DNA from: an uncultured Actinomycetota bacterium | GTDB lineage: Bacteria > Actinomycetota > Acidimicrobiia > Spongiisociales > UBA4744 | Length of the DNA stretch: 64,000 nt | Direction: 5' to 3' | NCBI GenBank assembly: GCA_963715305.1 | Contig: CAVQSB010000019.1 | Coordinates: 19,072-83,071, forward strand | Part shown: in pieces, positions 40,329 to 50,389 of the stretch | Numbering within the stretch: position 1 is the stretch's first letter | How the letters are laid out: each line of letters starts with the position of its first letter | Program-made: the position numbers and the translations under genes | Notes under the pieces: generated by a model | Database searches by the model: none | Told to the model about the DNA's origin: nothing | The model's input: only the letters and a program-made list of their open reading frames with translations

Positions 40329-40543
40329 GCCCCGACCCTCACCGTCGTGTCGCGACCAACAGTGAGCTATCAGCTAGGGGTGATCTCACGTTTTCAACCG
40401 GCAGCCGGGAGCGAAGCGGTCTGGAAGCTGGGTACCTTCTTCGGTTTTCGCGCTTCCTCTCCGGCGCCTAGTCTGAGCACGCCAACTTCCCCCACTTCCC
40501 TGGGTGCGCGACAAAAAACGCGAAAAATGGTCACCGAATACCA

Positions 40544-40573
40544 TTGACGTAATTACGTCGCAGTGATTATGGT
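40544..40573 (+). promoter_or_regulatory. Putative sigma-70-type promoter of nrdJ: TTGACG-N18-TATGGT
   Basis: -35 at 40544..40549 and -10 (TANNNT) at 40568..40573. Overlapped by a perfect 14-bp palindrome gacgtaattacgtc (40546..40559) and flanked by the inverted ggtcacc/ggtgacc. Confidence 0.35.
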
Positions 40574-40582
40574 GACCAAGCT

Positions 40583-40633
40583 ACACACCAGATGTCGTGG
40601 ATGGCTTCCCCCTCGACCACAACATCTAGTGGT
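40583..40633 (+). promoter_or_regulatory. Two tandem NrdR-box-like palindromes (acacaccagatgtcgtgg and accacaacatctagtggt), centres about 33 bp apart, between promoter and nrdJ start
   Basis: Both have ccac...gtgg arms resembling the NrdR consensus acaCwAtATaTwGtgt (from memory). Tandem boxes at about 3 helical turns are the usual NrdR architecture. Confidence 0.4.
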
Positions 40634-40671
40634 ATCGACGAAAGCTTCTGGTAGGAACCGGGCTGGGTGGA

Positions 40672-43600
40672 ATGAGCCCGGAACGTGGAGGGATACGTAT
40701 GTTTGAGACAGGGACCAAGGGTCTGACGATCGACCGACGCTTCACCAAAGCCGGCGAAGACCCCTACGCATCGATCGAATGGACCCAGCGGGACTCGAAG
40801 ATCGCCAATCCGGACGGATCGGTGGTTTTTGAGATGAAAGACGCCCAGATACCGGCCGCCTGGTCGCAGGTCGCTACCGACATCATGGTTTCGAAGTACT
40901 TCCGGAAAGCCGGCATACCTCAGTACGACGAAGACGGCCGCCAACTCTTCGACGAAGACGGGGAACCCGTCCTCGGACCGGAACGCTCGGCCCGCCAGGT
41001 CTTCAACCGGCTCACCGAAACGTGGCGTTGGTGGGGTGAGCAGAACGGCTACTTCGCCTCATCGGAGGACGCCCAGGCATTCGAAGACGAACTGAAGTAC
41101 ATGCTGGCCAATCAGATGGCGGCCCCCAACAGTCCGCAGTGGTTCAACACCGGACTCAACAACGCTTACGGCTTGACCGGCCCACCCCAGGGTTTCTGGT
41201 ACGTCGATCCCGAAACGGAGGAATTGATCCCGGGACCCGACTCGTACAGTCGACCCGCTCCTCACGCTTGCTTCATCCAGGCCGTCGGCGACGACCTCGT
41301 CAATGACGGCGGCATCATGGACCTCTGGACCAAAGAAGCGCGCCTGTTCAAGTTCGGATCCGGTACCGGAACGAACTTCTCAACGATCCGGGCCGAAGGT
41401 GAGCCCCTGTCGGGAGGCGGACGATCCTCAGGTGTCATGTCGTTCCTGAAGATAGGCGACCGGGCGGCCGGCGCCATCAAGTCCGGTGGCACCACTCGCC
41501 GGGCAGCCAAGATGGTGATCCTCGACGTCGACCACCCGGACATCGAAGCGTTCATCAGCTGGAAGAAGGTCGAGGAAGAGAAGGCCAAGATCCTCATAGC
41601 CAACGGATTCCCGGCCGATTTCAACGGCGAGGCCTATCAAACCGTTTCGGGGCAGAACTCGAACAACTCCGTGCGGGTTACCCAGCAGTTCCTGCAAAGG
41701 GTCATCGAAGACGGTGACTGGGACCTGGTCGAACGCTCGACCGGAGCGGTGCGTCGGTCGGTCAAGGCTCGCCACATCTGGCGGACGATTGCCGATGCCG
41801 CCTGGGCTTGTGCCGACCCCGGCATGCAGTTCGACACAACGATCAACGAATGGCACACGTGCCCGGAGGGTGGACGGATCCGCGCCTCCAACCCGTGCTC
41901 GGAGTACATGTTCCTGGACAACACGGCCTGCAATCTGGCCAGCCTCAATCTGGTCAAGTTCTACAACGACGACACCGGGGCCTTCAATGTCGAAGCCTAC
42001 GAACACGCCATCCGCATCTGGACGATGGTCCTGGAGATCTCCGTCACCATGGCCCAGTTCCCTTCCCGGGACATTGCCCTTGGTTCCTACGAGTACCGGA
42101 CGCTCGGCCTCGGGTACGCCAACATCGGTTCGCTCTTGATGCGGTCGGGGATTCCCTACGACTCGGACGAGGGACGCGCCATCGCCGGAGCCCTCACCTC
42201 CATCCTCACCGGACGTGCCTACGCAACGTCGGCGGAGATGGCAGGTGCGATCGGTCCTTTCCCGCGTTTCTGGGAGAACCGGGACCACATGCTGCGGGTG
42301 ATCCGCAACCACCGGCGGGCGGCCCACGACGCACCCATCGAGGAGTACGAAGGCATCACCCACTACGTGATGCCCCTCGACCCCACGATGGCACCAGGAC
42401 CGCTGGTCGAAGCAGCCCGCCGCGCCTGGGATGCGGCCCTTGAGTCTGGTGAGACCAACGGCTTCCGCAATGCCCAAGCCAGCGTCCTCGCTCCGACCGG
42501 AACCATCGGCCTCCTGATGGATTGCGATACCACCGGCGTCGAACCCGACTTCGCCCTCGTGAAGTTCAAGAAACTGGCCGGGGGTGGCTATTTCAAGATC
42601 GCCAACCAGTCGATCGCCTCGGCTCTGCGTCGGCTCGGGTATGGCGAGGATCAGATCGAACGAATCGTGCGGTACGTCGTCGGGACCATGACGCTCGATG
42701 GCACGCCTCATGTGAACCGGGCAAGTTTGTCTGAGCATGGACTGCCCGACGATGCGATCGACAAGATCGAAGCGGCGCTCCCCAGCGTCTTCGACCTCCG
42801 GCACGCCTTCAACGCCTATGTGCTCGGGGAAGCGACCATGGACGCGATTGGTATTCCGCCCGATCGCTACCTGGCCTCCGGGTTTGACTTGCTGGCCTCC
42901 CTCGGTTTCTCCAGGAACCAGGTGATCGAGGCCAACGACGTGATCTGCGGCCGCCAGACCATCGAAGGCGCCCCGGAGTTGGACCCCGAACACCTCCCGG
43001 TTTTCGATACGGCCAACAAGAACGGCAAGAACGGGAAGCGGTTCATCCATCACAACGGTCACATCAAAATGATGGCGGCGACGCAACCGTTCATCTCGGG
43101 AGCCATCTCGAAGACCATCAACATGCCCCATGAGGTCACGACCGAGGAGATCGAAGGCGCCTACATGCTGTCGGCCGATCTCGGCCTGAAAGCCATGGCC
43201 CTCTACCGGGACGGCTCAAAAGCCTCCCAGCCGCTGTCGTCGACGTCCGACGAGGGCGACGATCAGGAGGAGGCCCAGGAGATCAACGCGGCCCTGATTG
43301 AGGAGAAGGCGTATGCCTGGGGTCGTATCCCCGCAGGGGTCTCACCGACGGAGGCCTACGACCGGGGCATGCAACCGCCTCGCTTCCTACTGCCTGCCCG
43401 GCGTGCCGGGTTCACGCAGGAAGCTCGCATCGGGGGCCACAAGGTGTTCCTCCGTACCGGCGAATACGAGGACGGGACGCTCGGCGAACTCTTCATCGAT
43501 CTCGCCAAAGAGGGCGCGACCTTGCGCGGGATCCTCTCCTGCTTCGCCATTGCGGTGTCCAAGGGACTCCAGTACGGCGTGCCCCTCGAGGAGTTCGTCG

Positions 43601-44094
43601 ATACGTTCACGTTCCAGACGTTCGAACCTCGCGGCATGGTCGAGGGCCATCCCAACATCAAGATGGCCAACTCGATCGTCGACTACGTGTTCCGGGCGTT
43701 GGGCGTTGAGTACCTCGAGCGCGACGAGCTGGCCCAGGTGCCTCCGGTCCGGGAGATGGAATTGCCGGAGCCGGCCAAAGGGCTCGCCGTTGAAGCCGGC
43801 GTCCAGCTCGACCTGACCGATGCGGCCATGGAAAAGGACATCGACGTCCAGGTGGCTGCTGCCAATTTCGCCGATACGCAGCATGCGCCAAATGGATCGA
43901 ACGGCGGCACCACTCGACAGCCGGCCCGGGCGGCAACGGTCACGGTCTCCGACGCGGGGACAGCCTCGGTGCAATCGGCTCTGGCGGCCATGATGGGAGA
44001 TGCTCCCCTCTGCGAGACCTGCGGCCACATCACCATCCGCTCGGGCAGCTGCTACAAGTGCCTCAACTGCGGCGGTACGACGGGATGCAGCTGA
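40672..44094 (+). CDS. nrdJ: Vitamin B12-dependent (class II) ribonucleoside-diphosphate reductase NrdJ, long form
   Basis: 1140-aa uninterrupted ORF with class II RNR hallmarks throughout, for example the active-site region NPCSEYMFLDNTACNLASLNL and the C-terminal CxxC...CxxC tail CETCGHITIRSGSCYKCLNCGG. Confidence 0.9.
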   Translation: MSPERGGIRMFETGTKGLTIDRRFTKAGEDPYASIEWTQRDSKIANPDGSVVFEMKDAQIPAAWSQVATDIMVSKYFRKAGIPQYDEDGRQLFDEDGEPVLGPERSARQVFNRLTETWRWWGEQNGYFASSEDAQAFEDELKYMLANQMAAPNSPQWFNTGLNNAYGLTGPPQGFWYVDPETEELIPGPDSYSRPAPHACFIQAVGDDLVNDGGIMDLWTKEARLFKFGSGTGTNFSTIRAEGEPLSGGGRSSGVMSFLKIGDRAAGAIKSGGTTRRAAKMVILDVDHPDIEAFISWKKVEEEKAKILIANGFPADFNGEAYQTVSGQNSNNSVRVTQQFLQRVIEDGDWDLVERSTGAVRRSVKARHIWRTIADAAWACADPGMQFDTTINEWHTCPEGGRIRASNPCSEYMFLDNTACNLASLNLVKFYNDDTGAFNVEAYEHAIRIWTMVLEISVTMAQFPSRDIALGSYEYRTLGLGYANIGSLLMRSGIPYDSDEGRAIAGALTSILTGRAYATSAEMAGAIGPFPRFWENRDHMLRVIRNHRRAAHDAPIEEYEGITHYVMPLDPTMAPGPLVEAARRAWDAALESGETNGFRNAQASVLAPTGTIGLLMDCDTTGVEPDFALVKFKKLAGGGYFKIANQSIASALRRLGYGEDQIERIVRYVVGTMTLDGTPHVNRASLSEHGLPDDAIDKIEAALPSVFDLRHAFNAYVLGEATMDAIGIPPDRYLASGFDLLASLGFSRNQVIEANDVICGRQTIEGAPELDPEHLPVFDTANKNGKNGKRFIHHNGHIKMMAATQPFISGAISKTINMPHEVTTEEIEGAYMLSADLGLKAMALYRDGSKASQPLSSTSDEGDDQEEAQEINAALIEEKAYAWGRIPAGVSPTEAYDRGMQPPRFLLPARRAGFTQEARIGGHKVFLRTGEYEDGTLGELFIDLAKEGATLRGILSCFAIAVSKGLQYGVPLEEFVDTFTFQTFEPRGMVEGHPNIKMANSIVDYVFRALGVEYLERDELAQVPPVREMELPEPAKGLAVEAGVQLDLTDAAMEKDIDVQVAAANFADTQHAPNGSNGGTTRQPARAATVTVSDAGTASVQSALAAMMGDAPLCETCGHITIRSGSCYKCLNCGGTTGCS

Positions 44095-44143
44095 GTTCGG
44101 CACCAGCAACGAGGTGAGAGGAGAGGGCCTGCGGGCCCTTTTC

Positions 44144-44497
44144 TCATCCCCGGCCGGTTGGACAGAATGAACTGGTAGCGGCGCCGGCCGCCGTCGACCA
44201 CATTCCCAGCTCGGCCCGATCGGCCTTCGAACCGGCCCACCCGGTGGCGAAAGCCTCCCGGTCGGCAGGGCTTCCGAGGTCGGCGCCACACACCTCGCGG
44301 GCGAAGGCCAGCAATTCGTCATTCGTGATGTCGTGGTTGGCCAGGGTGGCCGCCTCTCGACTGACGGCCAGGTACGAATTTCTGATGATGTTTGGTGCAC
44401 CGTCGACTCCCCACGTTGCCGGCGAAGCTGTGGCAGATGAGCAGGCGCCAACTGCCAGCGCGACGACCAGGACCAAGGCAGAGAGACGGGAATTCAT
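44144..44497 (-). CDS. Small lipoprotein (DUF732-like size and organisation)
   Basis: MNSRLSALVLVVALAVGACSS lipobox. 117 aa. Confidence 0.35.
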   Translation of the reverse strand: MNSRLSALVLVVALAVGACSSATASPATWGVDGAPNIIRNSYLAVSREAATLANHDITNDELLAFAREVCGADLGSPADREAFATGWAGSKADRAELGMWSTAAGAATSSFCPTGRG

Positions 44498-44550
44498 GTC
44501 CTCATTATCGGCCGGTTCGACCTGATGGTTGAGGGGCGGGTGGAGCGCTG

Positions 44551-45396
44551 CTAACCGAACCCGCGATCATCCTGTTTGAGAGCCGTGTCGATCGAAAGGG
44601 CTGAGGCCACAACCAGCGACAGCAACGGCTGCGCGAGGCGCCCGTGGATCTGCAGCACGTAGTTGTCGGCGGTCGTGAACATGGTCTTGGCGAGGCCTTC
44701 CCAGGTTTTGGTGATCCTGGCCACCTCGGCACCCGTCGCATCCTCGATGCGGAAGTTCCAGGCCCGCCAGTTCTCGGCTTTGATGGCGCCGAGTTCCTGC
44801 CCGCCGGATTCGAGCGCGAAGTTGATCTTCCCGATCATGTTCTTCTGGACGACCCTGCCCAGTTCGGTCCCGTTGCCGTCCTCAACAACGACCGTCGATT
44901 TGAAGATCTTGGCCGGTCGGGTCAGGCGCAGAACAACGGTCCCGGACCGATCGGTGATTTCCATCCGGTGAGTGAGGAACTGATCGACCGAGGTGAGCAA
45001 CCGGAGGGCCTTCTTGAGCGTCGATTGGCCGACCTGGTTGACTGCGCCCAACTGGTTGCCGTTCTGATCGAATACGCCGTACTGGTTCGACAATTCGATG
45101 ATCTTGGCCTTCTGATTGACCACCAGCACCGGTTCGGTGAAGAGGGTGCCGCCTCCGGAGGCGTGTGCGTCGAGTCTGGCCCCGGTCAAGCCCTCACCGG
45201 TTACCTGGTCGCGAATCTTGGCGGCATCGTTCGCCTGGTCGACAACCATGGCCGCGTCGAACTTGTCCAACGAGTCAACCGGATCGGTCGATTGCTGCCC
45301 GTCGTTGCCGACCTGTTCGGTCCAGGCCGAGCCGTCCCAATAGCGAACCTGGTGGCGGCGGTAGGGGTCGGCGTACCAGCCCGGATCGGTGTTCAT
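44551..45396 (-). CDS. DUF2510-domain protein with C-terminal LURP-one-related/scramblase-like (tubby-like) domain
   Basis: N-terminal GWYADPYRRHQVRYWDGSAWT (DUF2510 signature from memory). The remainder has the LOR/scramblase-family pattern. Intact 281 aa. Confidence 0.45.
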   Translation of the reverse strand: MNTDPGWYADPYRRHQVRYWDGSAWTEQVGNDGQQSTDPVDSLDKFDAAMVVDQANDAAKIRDQVTGEGLTGARLDAHASGGGTLFTEPVLVVNQKAKIIELSNQYGVFDQNGNQLGAVNQVGQSTLKKALRLLTSVDQFLTHRMEITDRSGTVVLRLTRPAKIFKSTVVVEDGNGTELGRVVQKNMIGKINFALESGGQELGAIKAENWRAWNFRIEDATGAEVARITKTWEGLAKTMFTTADNYVLQIHGRLAQPLLSLVVASALSIDTALKQDDRGFG

Positions 45397-46150
45397 CTAC
45401 GGACAGAGCCCCTCGGCGGTCAACCCCCGGGCGCACAGGGCGGTACTTTCGACCGTCTTGAGCGTGAAGCTCTCGCCTCCGGAGTCGGGCGTTCCGAAGA
45501 TGACCAACCGCAGCCCGAAGACCGCGTCGTCGCCGATTCCGATGACGTCGTAGGTGACCTCGCCGAGGTCGGTGACGGTTGGCGACTTGGCGACTCGGAT
45601 CCTCGATTCCGGTTCTTCTACCGATTGCGACAGCGCCACCGTCAATCCGAGATCGAGCATGGTCTCGGCTGAGGGCGTCTCACCGAGCTCCGCGACGACG
45701 GCCGCGCTCGATGTCGGTGGTTTCGCCGATCCAGGCGAGGTAGGCGCTGCTGGCCCACCCGGTTACCCCGTCGGCGGTGATCTCGTACCAGATCGTATCC
45801 GGCGTCTGGCGCTCCTCGCCGGTCGCGACCACGTCGTCGGTCAGCGGTTGGAGCCGGGCCACAACATCCTGATCCGTCCCGGGAGCCGCCCGCACGTTGA
45901 GCTCGCTGTCGAACGAGATGCCGACAACGGCCAGGATGTCACCGGGTTCCGGGAACAGGTCGATCGCTTCTCCTGGCAGGGTGGTCGTCGTCGTGGTTGC
46001 AACGGTTGTGGTTGTCGTAGAGGTAGACGTCGACGAGGTCGTCGTGATAACGGCCGCGTCGCCTGCGCAGGAAACCAGGGTCAGGCTCATCGCCATCGCC
46101 ATCATTCCCCAGAAAAGCTCCCGGTGGCGGGGAGAAAGGTTCATCGTGCA
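45397..46150 (-). pseudogene. Thr/Ser-rich lipoprotein, frame change near 45690
   Basis: MAMSLTLVSCAGDAAV lipobox in ORF 45680..46174. The C-terminal part is in ORF 45397..45660. Confidence 0.35.
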
Positions 46151-46201
46151 CGACCCTTCCGTCGATGACCCCATATTTGCAGACTGTGATGCCCTCGGCG
46201 G

Positions 46202-46963
46202 TCAACCTTCGTTTAACCGGCGCAGCACCTCTTCGAGAGCAGCTTCCAGAGCAGCGACCCGCTCCTCGAGTTCGTTCGTCTGCGGCAGCGGTTCGGGCGA
46301 AACAGACGGGGCGGCGGGTTCGGTCAACAGGCACCGGTATCTCCGCTCTTTCTGGCCGGGTTCCCGCTCCAGATGTTCGACAAGGGGTTCATCGCGTCCG
46401 ATGAGATCGTTGAGCCGCTCCTCGGCGTTCTGGACGGATCCGAACGCGACGTACCGATCGGTGCGGGTCCGTAGTTCGGCGGCCGTTTGGGGGCCGCGGA
46501 GCAACAGCACTCCGAGCAGGGCCAGTTGCTCGTTGTCGACCCGGAGGGCCTCCCCGGCGTGGTGGGCGTACTTCAACGCCCGGCCGCCCGACACCCGCGT
46601 TATCCCGATCATGCTGCGCCGGTCCAAGGACGCCAGGGCATCGGCGACAGTCGCCGCGTCGAACTCGACGACCGGCTCGCGGTTGTTCTTCTGATTGCAG
46701 GCCGCGACCAGCGCGTTGACCGTCATCGGGTAGTACTCGGGGGTGGTCATCGATTTTTCGATGAGACAGCCGAGCACCCGGGCTTCTTCGAAATGGAGCA
46801 CAGACAGATCGTAGAACTCCGGACCCGTTGGTTCTAGCTGCCTGGTCGAATCTGCAGCGTGCGGGGCATCCCCCCGGCGACGAACGGGCACCCTGGCATG
46901 CCAGAACAGGAGGTGCCGCACGAACCGCTCCGGCAGGCGACTGCGGCCGCGCCGTCGGTCCAC
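46202..46963 (-). CDS. DUF480/YceH-family protein
   Basis: PEYYPMTVNALVAACNQKNNREPVVEF matches the UPF0502/YceH signature (from memory). 253 aa, intact. Confidence 0.5.
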   Translation of the reverse strand: MDRRRGRSRLPERFVRHLLFWHARVPVRRRGDAPHAADSTRQLEPTGPEFYDLSVLHFEEARVLGCLIEKSMTTPEYYPMTVNALVAACNQKNNREPVVEFDAATVADALASLDRRSMIGITRVSGGRALKYAHHAGEALRVDNEQLALLGVLLLRGPQTAAELRTRTDRYVAFGSVQNAEERLNDLIGRDEPLVEHLEREPGQKERRYRCLLTEPAAPSVSPEPLPQTNELEERVAALEAALEEVLRRLNEG

Positions 46964-47103
46964 TCGGTGAGCAGCCCCTTGCGGACCAGCAATTCGAGCA
47001 TCGGCTCGAGGGCGGACCGCTCAACCTGGAGCCGTTTGCTCAGGTCGTCGAAGCTGACCGGTCCGTTGTTCGCCCGGATGCTCGCGAGGAGTCGTTCCAA
47101 CAT
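46834..47103 (-). CDS. feoC: FeoC-like winged-helix protein with Cys-rich tail
   Basis: MLERLLASIRANNGPVSFDDLSKRLQVERSALEPMLELLVRKGLL followed by CRSGSCGTSCSGMPGC. Starts 5 nt after the feoB stop. Confidence 0.5.
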   Translation of the reverse strand: MLERLLASIRANNGPVSFDDLSKRLQVERSALEPMLELLVRKGLLTEWTDGAAAVACRSGSCGTSCSGMPGCPFVAGGMPRTLQIRPGS

Positions 47104-47107
47104 CCGA

Positions 47108-49327
47108 CTACCCCCAACCCAGCACGAGGCCGGCTTGGAACACCAGCACCGCCATACCCCAGGCCAGCGCCGTCTGACCGAAGATGCTGACCCACATCCA
47201 CCGGGCACCCAGCTCGTGCCTTTCGGCGGCGACGGCGGCCATGCAGGGTGTGTAGAGGAGCACGAACACCATGAAGGCCAGGGCGGCCAGGGCACCGTGA
47301 CCGGCGCTGGATTCTTCAAATCCGGCCCGGACGGCCTGCAAGAGCGCCCCCTGGTCGGCTTCCCCGCCGTCGTCGAGGAGGTCGACGCCGACGATGGCCG
47401 GAATTGCCTTCACGGTGTCGACCGAGGCCCGCAGGAAGCTCGAACCGATCTCCCGCACATCCCCGGCGAAGGTGCCCGGCGAGGCCGTCTCATTGGTGCC
47501 TGCCACCCCGTACACCTGCGACATCGAGGACACCACCACTTCCTTGGCGACGAACCCGGCGATCAGGGCACCGGTGGCTTCCCAGCTTCCGAACCCGGCC
47601 GGACCCAGGGCGGGAGCGATGGCGGAGCTCACTGCGCCGAAGGCACTGTCGTCGACTTCGACGTCGGAGAAGCTTCCCCCGCCGGTGGGGATGGCCATCA
47701 GCAGCCAGACGACCAGGCTGGTGCCGAGGATGATGGTGCCTGCGTCACGAATGAACGCCGAGGTACGGCGCCACATCTGCAGCCAGACCGAGCGCAGGGT
47801 CGGGAGGCGGTAGGGCGGCAGTTCCATGAGCAGCGGGGTGGCAGCCTCGTTGCGGAACACGGTCCGGTTGATGAGGAACCCCAGTGCCAGGGCGACCACG
47901 ATGCCGAGCAGGTACATGGCAAAAACCACGGTTCCCCGCGAGCGGGGGAAGAACACTGCGGCCATCAGCACGTAGACGGGTAACCGGGCCCCGCAGCTCA
48001 TGAACGGAACCAGCAGACCGGTAAGCACCCGGTCGCGCCGCCGTTCGAGCGTCCGGGTGGCGTACATCGCCGGGACGGTGCACCCGAACCCGACCAGCAT
48101 CGGCAGGAAGCTCTTGCCCTGCAGCCCGAGTCTGCGCATCATCCGGTCCATCACGAACGCCGCCCGGGCCATGTATCCGGAGTCCTCCAGCAACCCGAGG
48201 GCCAGGTAGAGCGCCATCAGCACCGGAATGAAGACCAGGATGCCACCCACCCCGGCCACTACCCCGTCGACGACCAGGCTCTCGACCCAGGTGTTGCCCA
48301 GGCCGACGGCTTGCACGCAGGGCGGCCATCCACCGGGCGATCGGACCGCCCATCACCCCGTCGACCCAGTCGAGGAACACAGCCGAAATGTCGACGGTCA
48401 GCTTGAAGACCACCCACATCGACGCCAGGAAGATCGGCAGTCCCAGCCATCGGTGCGTGGCGATCTTGTCGATCCGGTCGGTGAGGAGTATCCGGTCGGG
48501 AGCGTCGAGCGAAACGGATGCGCGCACGAGCGTGTTGATCCAGTCGTACCGGCCGTTGGGTACGAGCACCGCGGCGGTTGCACCGAACTTCTCCTCGAGG
48601 CGGGCCCGACTCGCGTCGGCGGCGGCGAGCACCCGATCTCCGCCTGGCAGCGCAGCCAGCCTGACCCGGAGGTCGTCGCCGTCTTCGAGCAGCTCCAGGG
48701 CGAGCCAGCGGCCGGGAAACCGATCCCGGATCGGCGGATGGGCCTCGATGACCCCGGCGATGTCGCGGATCTCGGCCTCGAGATCCGCTCCGTAGTCGAT
48801 GACCAATGGCCCGCTCATGCGGCCCGCTCCCCGGCGACGGACAGCACGGCCTCGAGGAGATCGTCGACTCCCTCGCCGCGGCGAGCCACCGTCCGGATGA
48901 CCGGAATCCCCAACCGCTCTTCGAGGAGAGCATGATCGATACGCAGCCCGCGCGCTTCGGCGGTGTCGGACATGTTGAGCGCAACCACACAGGGAATCCC
49001 GAGTTCCAGGACCTGGACCGTCAGGTAGAGGTTCCGTTCCGGGTTGGCCGCGTCGACAACCAGGATCACCACGTCGGGGGTTTCGTCCAGGAGGAAGTCA
49101 CGGGCCACTGCTTCCTCGGGTGAGACGGCGGCCAGGCTGTACGTGCCGGGCAGGTCGACGACGTCGAAGCGGGCGCCCCGGGTCGTGAAGCTCCCGGACC
49201 GCTTCTCGACGGTCTTGCCCGGCCAGTTCCCCACGTGCTGGCTGGAACCCGTCAGCACGTTGAACAGGGTGGTCTTGCCCGAGTTGGGGTTCCCGGCCAG
49301 AGCCATGGAAAGGCTTCTCATGCGCGG
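47108..49327 (-). pseudogene. feoB: Ferrous iron transporter FeoB: G-domain ORF (48815..49327) ending in an ATGA overlap with the GDI/membrane part, which itself has a frame change near 48300
   Basis: G domain [19 protein letters not shown]...DLPGTYSL. Membrane domain GYMARAAFVMDRMMRRLGL...FMSCGARLPV (conserved FeoB motifs). The ...VAGERAA-stop/MSGPLVIDY junction aligns without a gap to continuous FeoB proteins. Confidence 0.75.
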
Positions 49328-49561
49328 GGTCCCGCTCCGTCGGGGGTCACCCGCATCGCGCCCGCCATCGTCTGGCCGACCGCCACCCGCGCTCCCCGCA
49401 CCGCTACCAGGATCGGCCCTTTCGAGGTCTGCAGCACGGTCACCACCACTCCGGGGGTCAGGCCCATTTCGGCCAACCGGCGGACCGTGCGGCGATCGGA
49501 ATCGACGCCGGCCAGCCGTACCGTCTCGCCTCTGCGCCACGTCGCACAGGGTCCGGTTCAT
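49327..49561 (-). pseudogene. feoA: FeoA, frame change near 49525; ATGA overlaps with dtxR upstream and feoB downstream
   Basis: [10 protein letters not shown] in frame 1, then [62 protein letters not shown] (FeoA SH3-like) in frame 2. Confidence 0.55.
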
Positions 49562-50232
49562 CGCGGGCTCACCACAATGTCCCCGGCCAACCGGCCGGCC
49601 AGGTGCACCTCGGCTGCGCCAACCTGGACCAGGCAGTCACCGTCCCCGGCCAAGGCCAGGATTTTGACGGTGGCCCCCGGGACCAGGCCCTCTTTGGTGA
49701 GAAACGACCGGGCGGCGCTCGATCCCTCCACGCCCGCCACGATTCCCTGGCCACCAACCGGGAGTTCGGACAGCAGCACCTGAACCGGAACCGGACCGGG
49801 ACGCCCGGAAGGCGGAATCGGCCTGCCCTCGGGACCGGTCACCGGGTCGCCCAGCAGATCGGCCAGGCGATCGGCCAGGTCGGGAGGGGTGATGTGTTCG
49901 AGATCACAGGCGATGGCATCGGCCCGGGCCGGCGTGAGGCCCAACTGGTCGGCCAGGAACAGCGCCCACAGCCGCCGTCTCCGCAACACCTGGTCGGCTA
50001 TCTCCCGCCCGGGCCCGGTTAGCTCGACCCCTTTGTACGGGAGGTACACCACCAGTCCGCGCCCGACCAGTTTCTTGACCATCTGGTTGACCGAGATCGG
50101 TGAGAGCGAGAGCATCTCGGCCAGCCGGGACAACCCGACCGGACCCTGCACCCCATCTTCGCCCGCCATGGCGATATGAATGAGGTACATCTCCTCGCTC
50201 TCGCTGGTGACAGGTTCCGTCTCGGCAACCAT
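49558..50232 (-). CDS. DtxR/IdeR-family metal-dependent repressor with C-terminal SH3-like domain
   Basis: N-terminal HTH ([41 protein letters not shown]), metal-site region and C-terminal SH3-like [15 protein letters not shown]...ATVKIL. 224 aa, intact. Confidence 0.7.
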   Translation of the reverse strand: MVAETEPVTSESEEMYLIHIAMAGEDGVQGPVGLSRLAEMLSLSPISVNQMVKKLVGRGLVVYLPYKGVELTGPGREIADQVLRRRRLWALFLADQLGLTPARADAIACDLEHITPPDLADRLADLLGDPVTGPEGRPIPPSGRPGPVPVQVLLSELPVGGQGIVAGVEGSSAARSFLTKEGLVPGATVKILALAGDGDCLVQVGAAEVHLAGRLAGDIVVSPR

Positions 50233-50389
50233 GTTAAGTCCGACCTAGTGATTCTCGACCAGATTGTTAAGGCAAGACATAACTGTAACGACCCGGTTCC
50301 GTCCCCACTAAGGCCGAAAGACCCATATTTCCCCCTCTCGCCGGCGGGTGGGGGCGAGGGGGAGGGTGGAAGGCTATTCGTCGAGGGTC

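Noticed and set aside
40330-40671. Cobalamin riboswitch in the nrdJ leader
   Set aside because: No B12-box-like element seen, and the leader is short. B12 riboswitches normally control the B12-independent RNR classes rather than nrdJ.
41428-43131. Long antisense ORFs inside nrdJ (567 aa; also 43387..44451 minus, 354 aa) and similar long overlapping ORFs on the opposite strand of other genes
   Set aside because: High-GC sequence gives long stop-free frames by chance. Their translations are Arg/Gly/Pro-rich with no family resemblance, whereas the sense frames have clear homology.
50233-50373. IdeR/DtxR iron box upstream of dtxR-feoA
   Set aside because: The best candidate (ttaaggcaagacataactg) matches the TTAGGTTAGGCTAACCTAA consensus at fewer than half the positions and is not palindromic.
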